This document shows positions 1 to 13,112 of a DNA stretch of 64,000 nucleotides, piece after piece. Source of the stretch: Azolla caroliniana. Lineage: Eukaryota; Plantae; Polypodiophyta. The notes under the pieces are model-generated. The model searched no databases. It saw nothing but the letters and a program-made list of their open reading frames with translations, and was not told the origin of the DNA. Every line of letters begins with the position of its first letter. Position 1 is the stretch's first letter. The stretch lies in the NCBI GenBank assembly GCA_043228905.1, contig JBHGNT010000007.1:19220001-19284000 (forward strand), written 5' to 3'. The position numbers and the translations under genes were made by a program.

Positions 1-334
1 GATTATGTAATTAACCAGAAGTGAAAGCCACAAGACAAATTTTTTTGGGTTACATAAATATGTCAAACCTAGCAAAATGCTTATATATGTAATGGGAAAT
101 TTCAGCAAAGTATGTTTCCTTGATTGAAGTTAAAAGGGTTTCCAAGGCAAGATATAATTTTTTTTTGAGAAATTGGTGTTTTGCTAAGTATTAGATTTCA
201 TGATTAATTAGTTTCTAGTTACAAAGTGGGTATGTTGTAGTTGAGATAGTTAAGGAAGCTCAACATATGCTGATTGGAAGGTAATTAGGTCATTAGTTTG
301 TGAAGGATGCATCGGTATGTAACTGGAACAATTC

Positions 335-430
335 ATCGACGAACCCTATAGTATTAGGTATGCACATCGATCAACGAAGCCTATAGTATTAGGTCTACGC
401 ATCTATGAAGCCTATAGTATTAGGTCTATG
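335..430. repeat. short tandem repeat, 3 copies of a ~30-35 bp unit (core GAAGCCTATAGTATTAGGT)
   Basis: Core seen at ~341 (one mismatch), ~376 and ~407. Confidence 0.8.
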
Positions 431-1849
431 GTTGTAGACTCTCGAATGTCTCGGAAAGGACTGTATCTAGCTAGGTATTCTTGTTAGCAATACCTAGCTG
501 TAGTATCGGGTCAACTTAGTGTGAAATGCTACGGAAAGTTCTTGACTACCTTGTCTTATTGGCATGGTCTTGTGTCTTCATGAATTATTAACTTAGTGTA
601 GGGGATGCCATGCTAAAAGGCTTATTGATTGTGCTATGGAGGAATTGTTATCTTATTGTGCAGGGTATCACAATCATGAGCTAAATAATCGTTAAGTTCC
701 TCTTTTAAGTTTCTTTGAAGGTCATATCAAACTAGTAGCCTATACTATCAAATCCTTGAGCTTGATATGATCCTTGAAAGCATTACTTGCCAAACCGACT
801 GATCTATAGTAAAAAATTGAAATTTAGTGTATTACTATAGGGTTGAGTGTTCAAATTGAAAGCATTAGTGTAGGGTTGATCTATGAACCCTATAGTGAGA
901 AAATTTTCCATTTGAAATTGAAAGCTTAATTTTGTTATCTTAAATGTTGGCATAGTTCTTTTCGTTGGGTCAATTACTTTCGCAATGAAATAGTGGCTAA
1001 CAACACTAGAAGTGTAGTCATAGATAAATACCGATTGAAATCTTTAGTTTGAGCAATAAAACTGGAATCAGCACATTTTATTAGAAATCCCATCAAACTT
1101 ACAATATTCCTCGTGGCACATTGTTAATTGTGTGGGCACGAAGGTTTCCTTTTGGTTTATTTAAAATTCTAGCACCATTTCAAAGTCAATCAATCAATCA
1201 ATCCAACGGTCAAAGGCACATTGCAATTTGTAATTGTTTAAACAAATGTCTTTTCGAGAAATGTCAACCATGCTTTTCAAATACATATAATATATATCTT
1301 GATTTCTTCAAATTGGACTAGCTACTTTGTGATGAAAATGTGCGATAACACCTTAACTATTGACTTGGCTTATTTAATTCATTTCTTCCCTGTGCTCGAG
1401 GAAACGGGAGCCCTCTTCACCTCACATGCATTGAAATCTGAATCCTATTTTAAAAAGGAACAATCTCCAATGGCAATGAGCACATTTATCTTCACGACCT
1501 GTTATGAATATTGTCACTTCTTCCTGATGATCTCAAGCATGAAACGGAAACTGCGCCCGAGTCAACATTGGTTCACTCTCTCTTTAGCGTTGTCTTTTAT
1601 TTTTCGTTTTCAAACCAGTGAACAATATAAAATGAATTCGTAAAGCCGTTTGTTTATGAGCAATCTATCACTTAACAATAGCTCCATAACTTTAGACTAA
1701 AGAACCATTGCGTATAAACATGATGTTTTTCTTTTTACATTGTGCTTTTTGTAAATAATATGACATCTTGTTACATCCAATTTCCTTTCATGTCTCCTCA
1801 ATTGAAAGTTTTGTCAATATTACAATGTCGACATGAGTTATGGAATCTC

Positions 1850-4560
1850 ACCCGGTGAATGTTTTTCCTAATACCTCATCCTTACATATTGTTTTGGAAT
1901 TTTCGTAAACATTTCAATCCATATTCACATTTCTAATATTTTTGTGTCAACTTCTTTGTTTATCCATTCGTATCCACAAATATGTTTCTAGTTTCTTACA
2001 TCTATTCATTTGTTGCCACACACATAGGCATAGACTAGTCTATATAGGACATGGAAGTAAAAACAAACCCTACATGGCATCGTATTTCCACTCTCTTGAA
2101 AATGGTTTCGAATTATTTATCCACTTGAGCGTTCTCGCAGTTTTGCCCCACAGAATACATTCACAAAAAGATGGAAGCTAATGAGTACACATTTTGAAAT
2201 AGAGTGTCAACCATGTTTCAGCCTTTCTAGGCTATTATTAGTCTTCAATTGATACTCTCTAGTGGATTGCCACATGCGACTTTCTACTAGAAATTTCATG
2301 CCCCATCATATTTTTTGCCTTTATTGAGCCCCATCCTTACCCTTGAATGCCATTGACTTCAAGCTAATGGTTCATCATTATTGTTAAGATTCCAGATCTT
2401 TTTACTATGAGATTTTCATAGTTTTTTTGGATTTACGCCTCAAGAGAATAGAGTTAACTGTTGCTAATGGTTTCCTCCTTTTCCTTGAAAGTGATAGAGC
2501 CAGAGCATTTATTTTCAATGCACAAGCTATTCATCAACAAATGTCAAAGGTCAAAACCAATGTGTGGATATTGTCTTATGTTGCATTTCTATCTAGATTA
2601 TGAAATAGGAGTATTTACATTATCAAGATAATGGAAGAATTCTTGAAGTAGTTTTAAATCTTGCAATATGTTAAATATTTAGCACAAAAAATGAAAATAG
2701 GAAGCACCTTTAGAGGAGACAATTCGAGTCCCAACCATGACCATCAAAGAAAGTTTTTTTGAGGATATATAATATAAGAGAAGGGCGACAACTCACCATA
2801 GTTGTGCACACTTTGTTTTGTTCAAGCACCTTACGCAAAGTTGTTCCATAGCACTTAGATTGCTCATTGGCAAGTCAAGAAGCTTTGCTTAAGACAAAAA
2901 ACCACTGAATGTTGGAGTTTTGGGGGAATATGATAGCCAACATTTTTCTAAACTCTTGATGGTCAATGTGCCATTTTCAGTAAAGACAATGCAAAACTAA
3001 AAAGTTGTTTGAAGAACTTAGTTAGAGTAATAAGACTTTTAGTAGTCCATAGGTATATCTTGCTATCATTCAAGGATTGTGCTATACCATATCTATTACC
3101 TTGAGTGATGCACTACACCCTATCATATGAAATTGTGGTGGAAGTTGGTGATTATGGTCAAATTCTTCTTGATGAGTTTCTCAGGCAAGGCAAACCATCT
3201 TGCGTTAGAGTGATAAAACTTTTAGTAGTCCATAGGTATATCTTGCTCTCATTCAAGGGTTGAGCTATACCTACTACCTTGAGTTATGCACTACACCCTA
3301 TCATATGAAATTGTGGTCGAAGTTGGTGATTATGGTCAAATTCTTCTTGATGAGTTTCTCATGCAAGGCAATCCATCTTGAGTTGGAGTTGGGCAAGGTC
3401 ATTCGGTCTCTCTACTTTATTGTTAAGATTTCTAAGATGGTCTTTGGGCCTAATCTCTTTTTTTACCGGTGATGCCTAGGATCCCCACACTATAAGATAA
3501 ACTTATTAGTTCAACATGAATGAAATGTTTCTTAATCTACGTAAACACTTGTTGTTTGTAAACTATAGCCATTGTTTGGAAGCTTCCATGAGCACTTCAA
3601 TTCACATTTAAACTTCCAAGATTTCCATTTATTACTTGCTCTTCTTATTCATTCAATTTGTTAATTTATATATTAATCCACCCATGCTCACATCTCCGTG
3701 GTCGACATGAGATGGAAGGAACATAGCTCCTCCATGTCGTGACATTTTGACCCAACTCCTCAAATTTGTTCCAAATGGCTCTCTAGATAAATGTTTACAA
3801 GATAATATAACTTTCTCTTTCCTCAACATACATTTACGTAAGGGAGAAATTAAAATTGCATACTTTAATGAAACTGCCAAGCAATGACATGTGATTTCGA
3901 GCTTCGTAGTTAGTAGTTTCATTCACTTCTTTCCCACTCTCCAAATTGTTGCAACTTGCATGCAAATCTTCGCCAAGAATTTCACCCTCTTTTGCTCTCA
4001 CGTTTTCTACAACCCATGATTCCCATTGTTACTCCCCAATTTTGTTGACTTCATCATTATTGTCAAGATTTTATTTTATTTTGGACTAGAAGATTTCAAT
4101 GTTATTCCATTTTATCTTCAAATTTAGTTGATGTCAATTGTATCCTCCTTTTCCTTGAACATGATAAAGACATGCAACTTATTCAATCTTAGCCCGTTCT
4201 TTGGCACATTCCCCCGTCACAGTTCCCACGTCCTCGCATCTTTATGTAGAACTACCCTTACGTGGATACCATTGACTTTATGTGAATAACTCCTCAATGA
4301 TGCTCATTATTACTGTTGAGAGACATGATTTTCTTTTGTTTTCATTTTATTAATTTACCTTCAAACAACATCGACGTCAATGGTATCTTCTTTTTTGTTG
4401 AAAGTGATAGAGAATTGAGACACAACATTATTAAATCCTTAAAGTATCGTGTGGTGTATTCCCAAGGTCAAACCATGTTTCCATGTGTGCAAGCGTGCAT
4501 TTTCTTTTTCATTGGTTTTCTTACCTCAGGCTTGAATCACACTCATTCACTTGCATTGCT
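1850..4560 (-). mobile_element. highly decayed LINE-like relic(s), containing a ~183-bp tandem duplication (3024-3385)
   Basis: Patchy by-eye resemblance to other LINE relics in the window and no intact ORF. The duplication is directly visible (GAGT.ATAA.ACTTTTAGTAGTCCATAGG at ~3024 and ~3208). Confidence 0.35.
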
Positions 4561-4928
4561 CTACAAGATAATGCCAGTGAGCTTTCATATTGGGGGTCGA
4601 TAATGCTTGTACAAACATACATGAAATGAAATTGATGGTCATCTTGAGTTGTCTGTTGCCATTCCTTGCCATTTTAGATGAGTTGGAGCTGAAATTTGAA
4701 CCCACAATGTTGGATATTTTAAAACCTGAATTTGTCTAAATTTACAAGCATAGTATGCTAAGGAATGGGCATTTATTAAAACTACATAGAATAGAGGCAT
4801 ACTTCGAATGCCTCTGAAATCTTGTCATGTATCAAACTCATTAAATATTTATGCATAATCATACAGGAGGCACATTAAACACATTTGTCATTGACAAAGT
4901 AAAAACCCTTTCTTGTCAATGTTTGTGG

Positions 4929-4929
<1 letters not shown>

Positions 4930-5022
<93 letters not shown>
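4930..5022. repeat. compound microsatellite (CT)n(CA)n
   Basis: Directly visible. Confidence 0.97.
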
Positions 5023-5025
<3 letters not shown>

Positions 5026-5717
5026 GCTTGAAACCCACAAAGAGAGCAAATGAGTGATTCGTCGTGAAGGTCAAGGGATCATTAAGGACTTGCAAAATTC
5101 CAAACCATTGGCCTTCATTCCCTTTGCACATTTTCACTCTCTTGGATTTACTCTAGTTTTTCATTGTTTATGTTTTTGAACCCCTACTTATTTTATGATA
5201 GTTTGAAAACTATTGCACACTTGTTTTGGTTTATAGTCATGTTCATGGCCTTTCCCTAGCTGTGTATGTTGTTATTGGTCCTTGGGCCATAGTTGACTTA
5301 TAAAGATGATTACAAATTCCATCCACCCATCTATTTTAGGTTGGTGATAGTGTCATTGAATCTTTTGAAGACATTAAACAATTATGTCGATTTCCTTTAC
5401 TAGTGACATGAAAAATTAATATTGCTTAACACCTCATCTTTATGGTTGAAAATTCCTCAAACTAAAATATTTGGAATTGCTAAAGAAACCAAATCTTCAT
5501 GAATTATGATTAAATCATGCTTTACCATGTGTTGAATATCATTCAAAGACTTGCCAACACATATTTGATTGGAAGGGGCAAAATGAAGACACATGTCAAA
5601 GTGAGAGCTTAGACTTTTGTACGATATTTAAAGAGGTTAGGGAATGTGCATAGCTGATTGCATGTAAAGTACAAAAATGGAAAAGATAAAGTTGGAGTAG
5701 ACTATTTGTATCGGGGC

Positions 5718-5970
5718 CATAGTATGAACCATATGTACCATACGTGCATTCGCATTCGAGTATGGTAAACACCCTCATAGTATGGTAAATACCATACGGT
5801 TGTATTCATTATTTACTATAAGGTAAATATTTTTTTAAGGTAAAAAAGTAAGAATTATTATTTTTTAAAAGTAAAAAAAAAACTTAAGTATGTTTTCATA
5901 AGATAAACATTGTTTGCAAATGTATGAAAACGAATGTTTGAACAGAAGAATGCGAATATTACGTTCTATG
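5718..5970 (+). mobile_element. non-autonomous hAT-type MITE, copy A (253 bp)
   Basis: Termini CATAG...CTATG, perfect 8-bp TSD ATCGGGGC (5710-5717 and 5971-5978), and subterminal AGTATGGTAAA/TACCATAC motifs. An 8-bp TSD is typical of hAT. Confidence 0.85.
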
Positions 5971-6796
5971 ATCGGGGCCATGACCTATAGGTAAGCCATA
6001 TGATTTAATTAAACTTAATAGAGCTTAAAACAAGCACAATAAAGTAAGAAATCACCAAGACATCAAAGCTTCAATTAATCCACTCTAATAAGAAGAGATT
6101 CGGTTGTAAGGCTTGGGTTATGTAATGACATGATTAAGGATATAGAGAATTTCTTATACTAGCTAAATGAGAGAATGAGGAATCTTTAGTAGCAATTTTA
6201 TTATCTCATATTTTGCTTTATGATTATATTATTACATTTGTGTCCTTTCTAGTTAAGTATAAAGGTTTATACATTACCTTTGTACCCATTTAAAACTTAG
6301 GTATTTCCCAACATATGTAGGAAGCTTTTATATCTCCAAAGTATCACATTTGGCACGCTATGTCCAATTGAACATCCACCTCAACTTTTTTTTATCTCTA
6401 GACTACATGGAATGGTGTTTGTGGAGAGATTCATAGAACCTAGCAAAATCTTCATCGTGGTCACAATGGCATTTGAAGATGAAATCGTAAAGGAGGTGGA
6501 GGAAGTTAAGGGGAGTTAGAGGAACTTTAAAAAGATGACATGTGGTTGTGATGTGGGAAGCTCACACGAGGAAATGTATTAGATGTAAATTATATGAAAG
6601 ATTAAATACTAGAAGTCGATGAATTAAGATGAAATCCAAGACAATAATAATAATAACTCAATTGGTAAGAGCTTAGTCTTAGAATGAAATGTTAAGGGTT
6701 TGAGTCTTTTTTGTTTAAACCATGAGAACATCATGTGGACTTCAATGGGTCAAATGGATTTTGCTCATACCAAGTGCCTAAGAGAGATAAGTAAAT

Positions 6797-7020
6797 ATGC
6801 ATGCCAAAAGAAGTAGTACTATTATTTGCATGAAGAGCTTGAGAGGCCTATAAAAGGGAGAAGAAGCTCATTATGTGGGACCAAAATTTTGTATTAGGCA
6901 GAATATGGTGATTAGCATTTTGCATGCCAAAAGTAATACTACTTTTATTTGCATGAAGAGCTTGAGAGACCTATAAAACGGAGAAGAAGCTCATTATTTG
7001 GGATCAGAATTTTGTACGAG
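6797..7020 (+). repeat. two tandem ~123-bp copies of a TATA-like block (CCTATAAAA.GGAGAAGAAGCTC), probably within a decayed LTR
   Basis: TGCATGCCAAAAG...TTTGCATGAAGAGCTTGAGA..CCTATAAAA occurs at ~6798 and ~6921. The LTR origin is inference. Confidence 0.6.
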
Positions 7021-7234
7021 GGCATAACGAAGTCAGCGCTCGCAGGCCTGCTAAACTAAAACTTGAGGATCTCTTGAAGCTCCGCTTTTTCCTTTAATTT
7101 TCTTAACATTATTATCAATTTGTCGCCAAGCCAAATTGATAATAAAGTTAAGTCCTACCTCGTTGTATCTAAATTAGTTTCTTGACCATTTGATATTTAT
7201 ATAAAATTATGTCTAGTAAATCTGTTATCTAGTG

Positions 7235-7439
7235 CATAGCACGCAACATACATTCTTTTTCATACGTTTGCAAATGAATGAGTATGCTATGAAAACATAC
7301 TTATGTTTTTTTAATGTTTTTTACCTTATAATAAATAATGAATACAAAAGTATGGTATTTACCATACTTCGAATGTGTTTACCATACTCGAATGATTGAA
7401 ACATGCTCGAATGTGAATGCATGCATGGTTCATACTATG
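7235..7439 (-). mobile_element. non-autonomous hAT-type MITE, copy B (205 bp), same family as 5718-5970, opposite orientation
   Basis: CATAG...CTATG termini and perfect 8-bp TSD ATCTAGTG (7227-7234 and 7440-7447). Its reverse complement aligns with copy A. Confidence 0.85.
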
Positions 7440-9122
7440 ATCTAGTGCTATTTGTAATTGAACAAGGATCTTGACAAAAAAATTGGCCTAAAATTCAGAG
7501 TACGGTGCATGGAGTAACACAATTTTGGATTTTATGGAGAACCACCCTTTATTATGTGGGAATGGTTAATGGCTGATGGAAAGGGATACTTTAGGGTTTT
7601 CAACATGTATAAATGGGGAATAACTCAAATGTAACTTAGGCCTTTGGATGCCCTAACTTAGGTTTACCTTTTGATCCTCATTTGCTCCCCTTTACATCCA
7701 CAAAGAGCCACGAGATGTACATTATTCTTATTTAGCGATTATCTACTTAATTGAGACACCTCTTATGTTTATTGTATAATGATGATTTTTTTTATTGAGA
7801 CAAACATATATTCTTAATTAGTGTAGTGGTTAAGTGTATATTAATTTATATTAAGCCTTAAAAAGCCTTTGAGGCTTCCATAGTTGCATGAAATGGAGAG
7901 GTAAGTGCTTTTATGTGTTGATGTATAATGTGGTCTTTGCCATTGAGGAGTGACATCCCCCAATCCCTCGATTAGCTTGCCCAGAGGAAGACGACCCTCA
8001 AGACTCGGTAATGATCCTTAGAAGTGTAACCACAGTGTCATGATGTGGCATGTGCAAAGGGAGAAAAATACCTAACATCCAAGTTATATAATAGGTTAAT
8101 GTTTTATTGAAACAATTGAACAGAATTAGGAGAAATGAAGATAACTCAAGTGACAAGAACTAGCTATTTGAATGATAATGTATTGGGTTTGAATCTCGAT
8201 AGGGGTAAGAGAGGGGGAACATTGACCTACAATACACAGATATATGGACAAGGTATACTGTAAAAACGAAATGGAAGATAATTTTTTTGCATGAGTGCTA
8301 CATGAAGTTATTATTTTGGTAAGTGGGCACTTGAAACCTCTAAAAGGAGGATGGATTATCATGAGATAGGGAGTCAAGAGGGCGTGTGAGAGACCTATGA
8401 TAACAAAAGGTAACGTGGTCGTTGATCGTAAACTTGCTACACCAAAACTCAAGGATCTCTCCATATCATTATTTTTACTTATATATATATATATATATAT
8501 ATATATTATCATCCCAATCTCCCCCGTACGAATTTATGGGGTTGATCGTTATATAATTGATAATATAAAACTTGAAATACTTTGATTTCAATGAATCTGA
8601 AATAAAATTTGTAATTGTGTCTTTTATGATTCGTGATTGAATGAGGATCCCACAGAAATTCTGAATACAAAATTGAAGCATTGAGTGTTGATTAACACAT
8701 GAAGTCATGTTAACTTCACAAGAGATGACATTTGGTTTTGTAAGCAGATGTTAGAGGATTTCACAGGGATTGCAATAAAAGTTTTGGATCACCAATCAAA
8801 GTTCCCAAGAAGAAGTTACAAGCAAAAGAAAATTTATAAATTGAATCCTTGACATCAAATCTCGAGAAACCCGATGTCTAGTTGATCAAGTGACGTTGGT
8901 GCTTACAAGGGACAAAGAGGACAAATCAATCTCTTCAAGGAAAGGAATCCATGAAGGTGTGAAACCTTCATGGAATTAAATCCATGAAGGTCCCTTTAGG
9001 AAAATCCTTCAATCACTCAGTGATGGATGTGAAGATTGACATTGGCTCGTTCTAGACACCTTGGTAAGAGAAGGATAGGCGCATATAAAAGGGGGAAAGC
9101 ATGATGCATGCTAAGAGAGGAG

Positions 9123-9250
9123 GTTACTATTTTTATTTACAAGATGAGCTCTAGGAAGCAAGACGTTACTATTTTTATTTACAAGAAGATCTCTAGGAAG
9201 CAAAATATTACTATTTTTATTTATACGATTAGCTCTAGGAAGCAAGACAC
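9123..9250. repeat. tandem repeat, 3 x 42 bp (GTTACTATTTTTATTTACAAGATGAGCTCTAGGAAGCAAGAC)
   Basis: Units start at 9123, 9165 and 9207. Confidence 0.9.
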
Positions 9251-10178
9251 TAATATTCGGGAATCTAATTTGTCACAAGGAGGAAGTGTTGTCGAAAATT
9301 CGTTTGAGCCTGGGATAGTGAAATCAAGAGAGCATGCAAGACCAATAATGATGTGGTTGTTGTCTATCGGGCCGTTGCACTAAAACTTGAGGATTTTCTC
9401 CCAAATATTTTCTCCTTAATCTTATAATAGATCTATCTTACCAATTTCTATTATATGCATTCCATGTAATGGAGTTGAGATTTCAACTCGTTTGTATTTT
9501 ACCTATTGCTATTTTAATTATGTGGTAATCCTGTAGCGTTCGTATGATTCATAATCGATCGAGGGTCGTTATTGTAATCTTTTCTTGAAAAATATAAGCA
9601 CGATGTGGAAGTCACACGAAATTGCTTTAATTCGACAGGAAACATGCCTTGGAGCTTCGTATCAAAGGGCTTGCAATGCTGGCTTAAAGGGGTCTTTTTT
9701 TTTTTCCAAAAAAATACTGCTTCGCATTAGTTAGCAAACAAAATTACATCATAGAACTCTCAAATTTCCTCTCAACAGCCCTCACTCTGGCCTTCCCACC
9801 AAAGCGGACATAGTCCCCACTTAAAGGGGTCTTTGTGAAGATCACTATGAAAGTTTTGGAATTCAAAATTGAAGTCTAAGTGATTAGGGTTGGGAATTAA
9901 ATAGCCAAAATATAATCATTCTACTCTTACATATATGTCAAACCTCTTTTATAAGAAGAAGTGGTGTGTTATTTATCTCTTAATCTTATTTGTCTACTCA
10001 CTTCTATTAAGAGAGAGAGAGTGTGTGTGTGTGTGTAAGCACTAATAAGTAGGATTAGTAAGCTAGCAATAGGGTTTATGTCATTTTGGATCCTTGGTCT
10101 AACGATATCAACAGTAGAGAGAACTCCATTGATCTATAGATGTGTTTGTGTCGTGCACATGGAAACCACACATCTGTT

Positions 10179-10196
10179 TGGTGTCGTTGCCAGGGA
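10179..10196 (+). mobile_element. degenerate primer-binding site after an LTR-like segment (Athila-type, TGGCGCCGTTGCCGGGGA-like)
   Basis: TGGTGTCGTTGCCAGGGA differs from the Athila-type PBS I recall only by transitions. It follows an LTR-like stretch ending ...CACACA. Confidence 0.55.
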
Positions 10197-10949
10197 TAAG
10201 ATTGACGCTTGAAGCTATTGGCGAGCTTCTAGTTAGCTCTAGGAGCAAGCTTAAGAAACCAACTAGAAGGTGAAGCTATTTTTCTATTTTTGTTGCGTTA
10301 AGTATGTTTAAGCACCATTAACATATTTTAAATTTTTTTTTTTTTAATGTTTTTTCACACAACCCCGCTCTCTTGAATGTTAGCTTACTAATCATCCGAT
10401 TTAACATGTTTATTGTTTTAGTTCCCCTTAGTTTTTTTCAAATTTAAATTATGTGGTCAGTGTTAATAATTTGGCACTAACCACCAAAAAGTTGAAACCC
10501 CATCATTGGCACCCTTTCGACTTCTGGCACCAAAAAACAGTTCAAATGAACAAATAGTCATTGAACAAGAGTGTTCGCCTCGTCGGAGACTTTGCCTCAC
10601 CCAAGCCTTTGCCTCAATTGAGTGTTCACCTCACTTGATCATTCACCTCTGCCGAGCTTTCAACTCTAACGAACATTTGATCCTAAAAAGATAAATTTCA
10701 AAACATGGTCGGAAATACTCAACCTTGGTCTGACCTTTTCAAATTTTGTGCAACACCACCAATAGACATGACACTCAAAATAACAATGCGCGACGGCCTA
10801 CACGTCAAATCCTGCTAAATATTACACAAGGTGGTTGACATCTGGAGTGGTCCTAGATAGAAATATCAACAACCACCTTTGAAGCAACACACCTCCCGAG
10901 GTCACACTAAAGCATCGGGGCTCACTAACGGACCAAAAAAGTCAAGAAA

Positions 10950-11990
10950 AGGATATTGACTCAATATTCAAAATCTCATGTCAGAGCTCCTATCTTATTT
11001 GTCAAGAAGAAAGATGGTCATTGCGATTGTGAATGGATTATCGTAGTCTTTGTAAGATCTCTATTAAGAATCTATGATCAAACTTCGATGGGGTTTCTTG
11101 GTTATGTTATTACACCATTTGGTGTCATGATGGATCAAAAGAAGGTTCAAACCATTCCATAATAGGTAACCCCTAAATGTGTCAAAGATACTCAATCATT
11201 TATAGGCTTTGCCAATCTCTATGGAAGGTTCATGAATGACTATTCAAAGTGGCCCTTAACTGCAATTGCCAATTACCCACAAGAACGGTTCATTCTTTTG
11301 GAATTCTAATGCCTAACTTGCATTTGATACACATAAGAAGGATTCAATCATTTCTAGTTTGCCAATCTCTATTGAAGGTTCATGAAAGACTATTCACAGG
11401 TTGTTTGGCCCTTAATTGCAATTACCCACAAGAACAATTCATTCTTTTGGAATTCTAATGGGCCCTAACTTGCATTTGATACACTTAAGAAAGCCATTCA
11501 CTTAAGCTGCTATACATACTACTACATCTAAACCCCAATCAATTCCTTTCTTTCTTGTAGAAATTGATGCATTAGACTTTGCTCCAGGTGAGCTTTTATC
11601 TCAATCAAATGTCCAAGGAGTCCTCCATCGAGTTGCACGCTATTCAAGAAAATTCATGCCCCAAGAGATCAATTATTCCATCTATCATAAAAAAAATATT
11701 GCTATCATTATCACATTTGAGCAATGATTGTCTTATCTCATTGGAGCACAACATCGAGTCAAGGTGGTAACTGATCACAAAAATATGGTATACCTTATCA
11801 CCACTTGCCATCGTACTCGTCACCAAGCTTGTTGCTCTATCTTTTTGGCAGATATTGATTTTGAAATACTATATTGTCCTGGTTACCAACAAGGGAAGGT
11901 AGATGCCCTCTCCCATCGTGTTTATTTCTAACTTAATAAGGATGATGAAGGTAATAAATAACAATTTCAAACTCTTAAAAAACCTGCTCA
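10950..11990 (+). mobile_element. decayed Ty3/gypsy pol fragment (RT-RNase H)
   Basis: Motifs APILFVKKKDG, FLGYVITPFGV.MD.KKV, VTDHKN and QQGKVDALS. Many stops and frameshifts, plus an internal duplication at ~11190-11480. Confidence 0.85.
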
Positions 11991-12154
11991 ATTTAATATG
12001 TTTCCTCTCTACATTCCACTATCCACCATCTTGTTTCGGCAACTCACAAGATGGGCGAGAGTGGGTGTCCACTACTCTTGAGCTACTTACATAACGTGGT
12101 ACAAAAGAGCTACTGAAGGCAAACCCTAATCACCATATTTTGCTCATGTGTATT

Positions 12155-12642
12155 ACGAGATTCAACGCTTAACATGAGACATTCCATGGATTAATTGAGC
12201 TCATTAGTACATATTTAAACAATGTGATTACACGTTTCACAAGATTCAACACTTTAACACGAGACATTCGATGGAGAACCTGAACTCATTAGTACATACT
12301 GCGATCAAGCATTTCACGAGATTCAACACTTAAGCATGAGATATTCAAATGGATTAACTGAACTCATTAGTACTTAAACGCTACGGTTAAGTGTTGATTC
12401 AACACTTAACATGGGACATTTGACGGATTAATTGTACACATTAGTACTTAAAACTTTGTGATTAAGAATTTTAAGAATTTTACGAGATTCAGCATTTAGC
12501 ATGAGACATTCGATGGATTAATTGGGCTCGTTATCACATAAACACTCTGATTAAGAATTTCATCAGATTCAACAACACTTAAGCATCAAGAGATTTCGAT
12601 GGATTAACTGAACTCATTAGTACTTAAACGCTGCGATTAATC
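12155..12642. repeat. tandem array, 6 x ~80-bp diverged units (GAGATTCAACACTTAACATGAGACATTCGATGGATTAACTGAACTCATTAGTAC...)
   Basis: Units start near 12155, 12239, 12316, 12396, 12482 and 12562. Confidence 0.9.
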
Positions 12643-12827
12643 ATCGACTATCCCATGATGAGAATGAGATATGAGATTAAGGCTTTAATAATGGGAAGAG
12701 ATTATTAATTAGAGTTTGAGAGCCTTGAGCCTCCATATGGATTTGAGTCTGAGGAATCAGAGAGACAGACAGGCTTAAAGCTTCTGCCAAGACGATAGAA
12801 ATCCCTGGTAATTTTTTTTCTTTGCAG

Positions 12828-12850
12828 AAACCCTAAACCCTAACCTAAAC
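12828..12850 (+). promoter_or_regulatory. telo-box cluster (AAACCCTAAACCCTAA) at the 5' end of gene 1
   Basis: AAACCCTA repeats ~270 bp upstream of the ATG. They are followed by a probable 5'UTR intron donor GTGAGT at 12890 and a (CCT)n tract. Confidence 0.6.
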
Positions 12851-13112
12851 ACAAGAGGAATCCCGCCTCTTCATAGCACAGAAACGCATGTGAGTCCTCC
12901 TCCTCCTCCTCCTCCTCCTCCTACTCCCATTTCTCTGCACTTTGATCTGTGTGTTGTGAAGTATCCACGGAACACTCGGCTCTTCAATTTCTGAAGGGTT
13001 CAGTTCCTAACTGAATCAAGTATGGGAGGAAGCTATCCTGAGTGCACCGACTTAGGCCCAATTTTTTACATATCCCATTCCTTCCCTTGGATTTGCGTTC
13101 GCTGAAGCATCC

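Noticed and set aside
950-1650. Coding-like minus-strand stretch
   Set aside because: Stops interrupt the frames I read and no motif is recognisable.
12155-12642. CRISPR-like repeat/spacer appearance
   Set aside because: The linkers are homologous to each other, the repeats are diverged, the context is eukaryotic and there are no cas genes. It is an ordinary tandem array.
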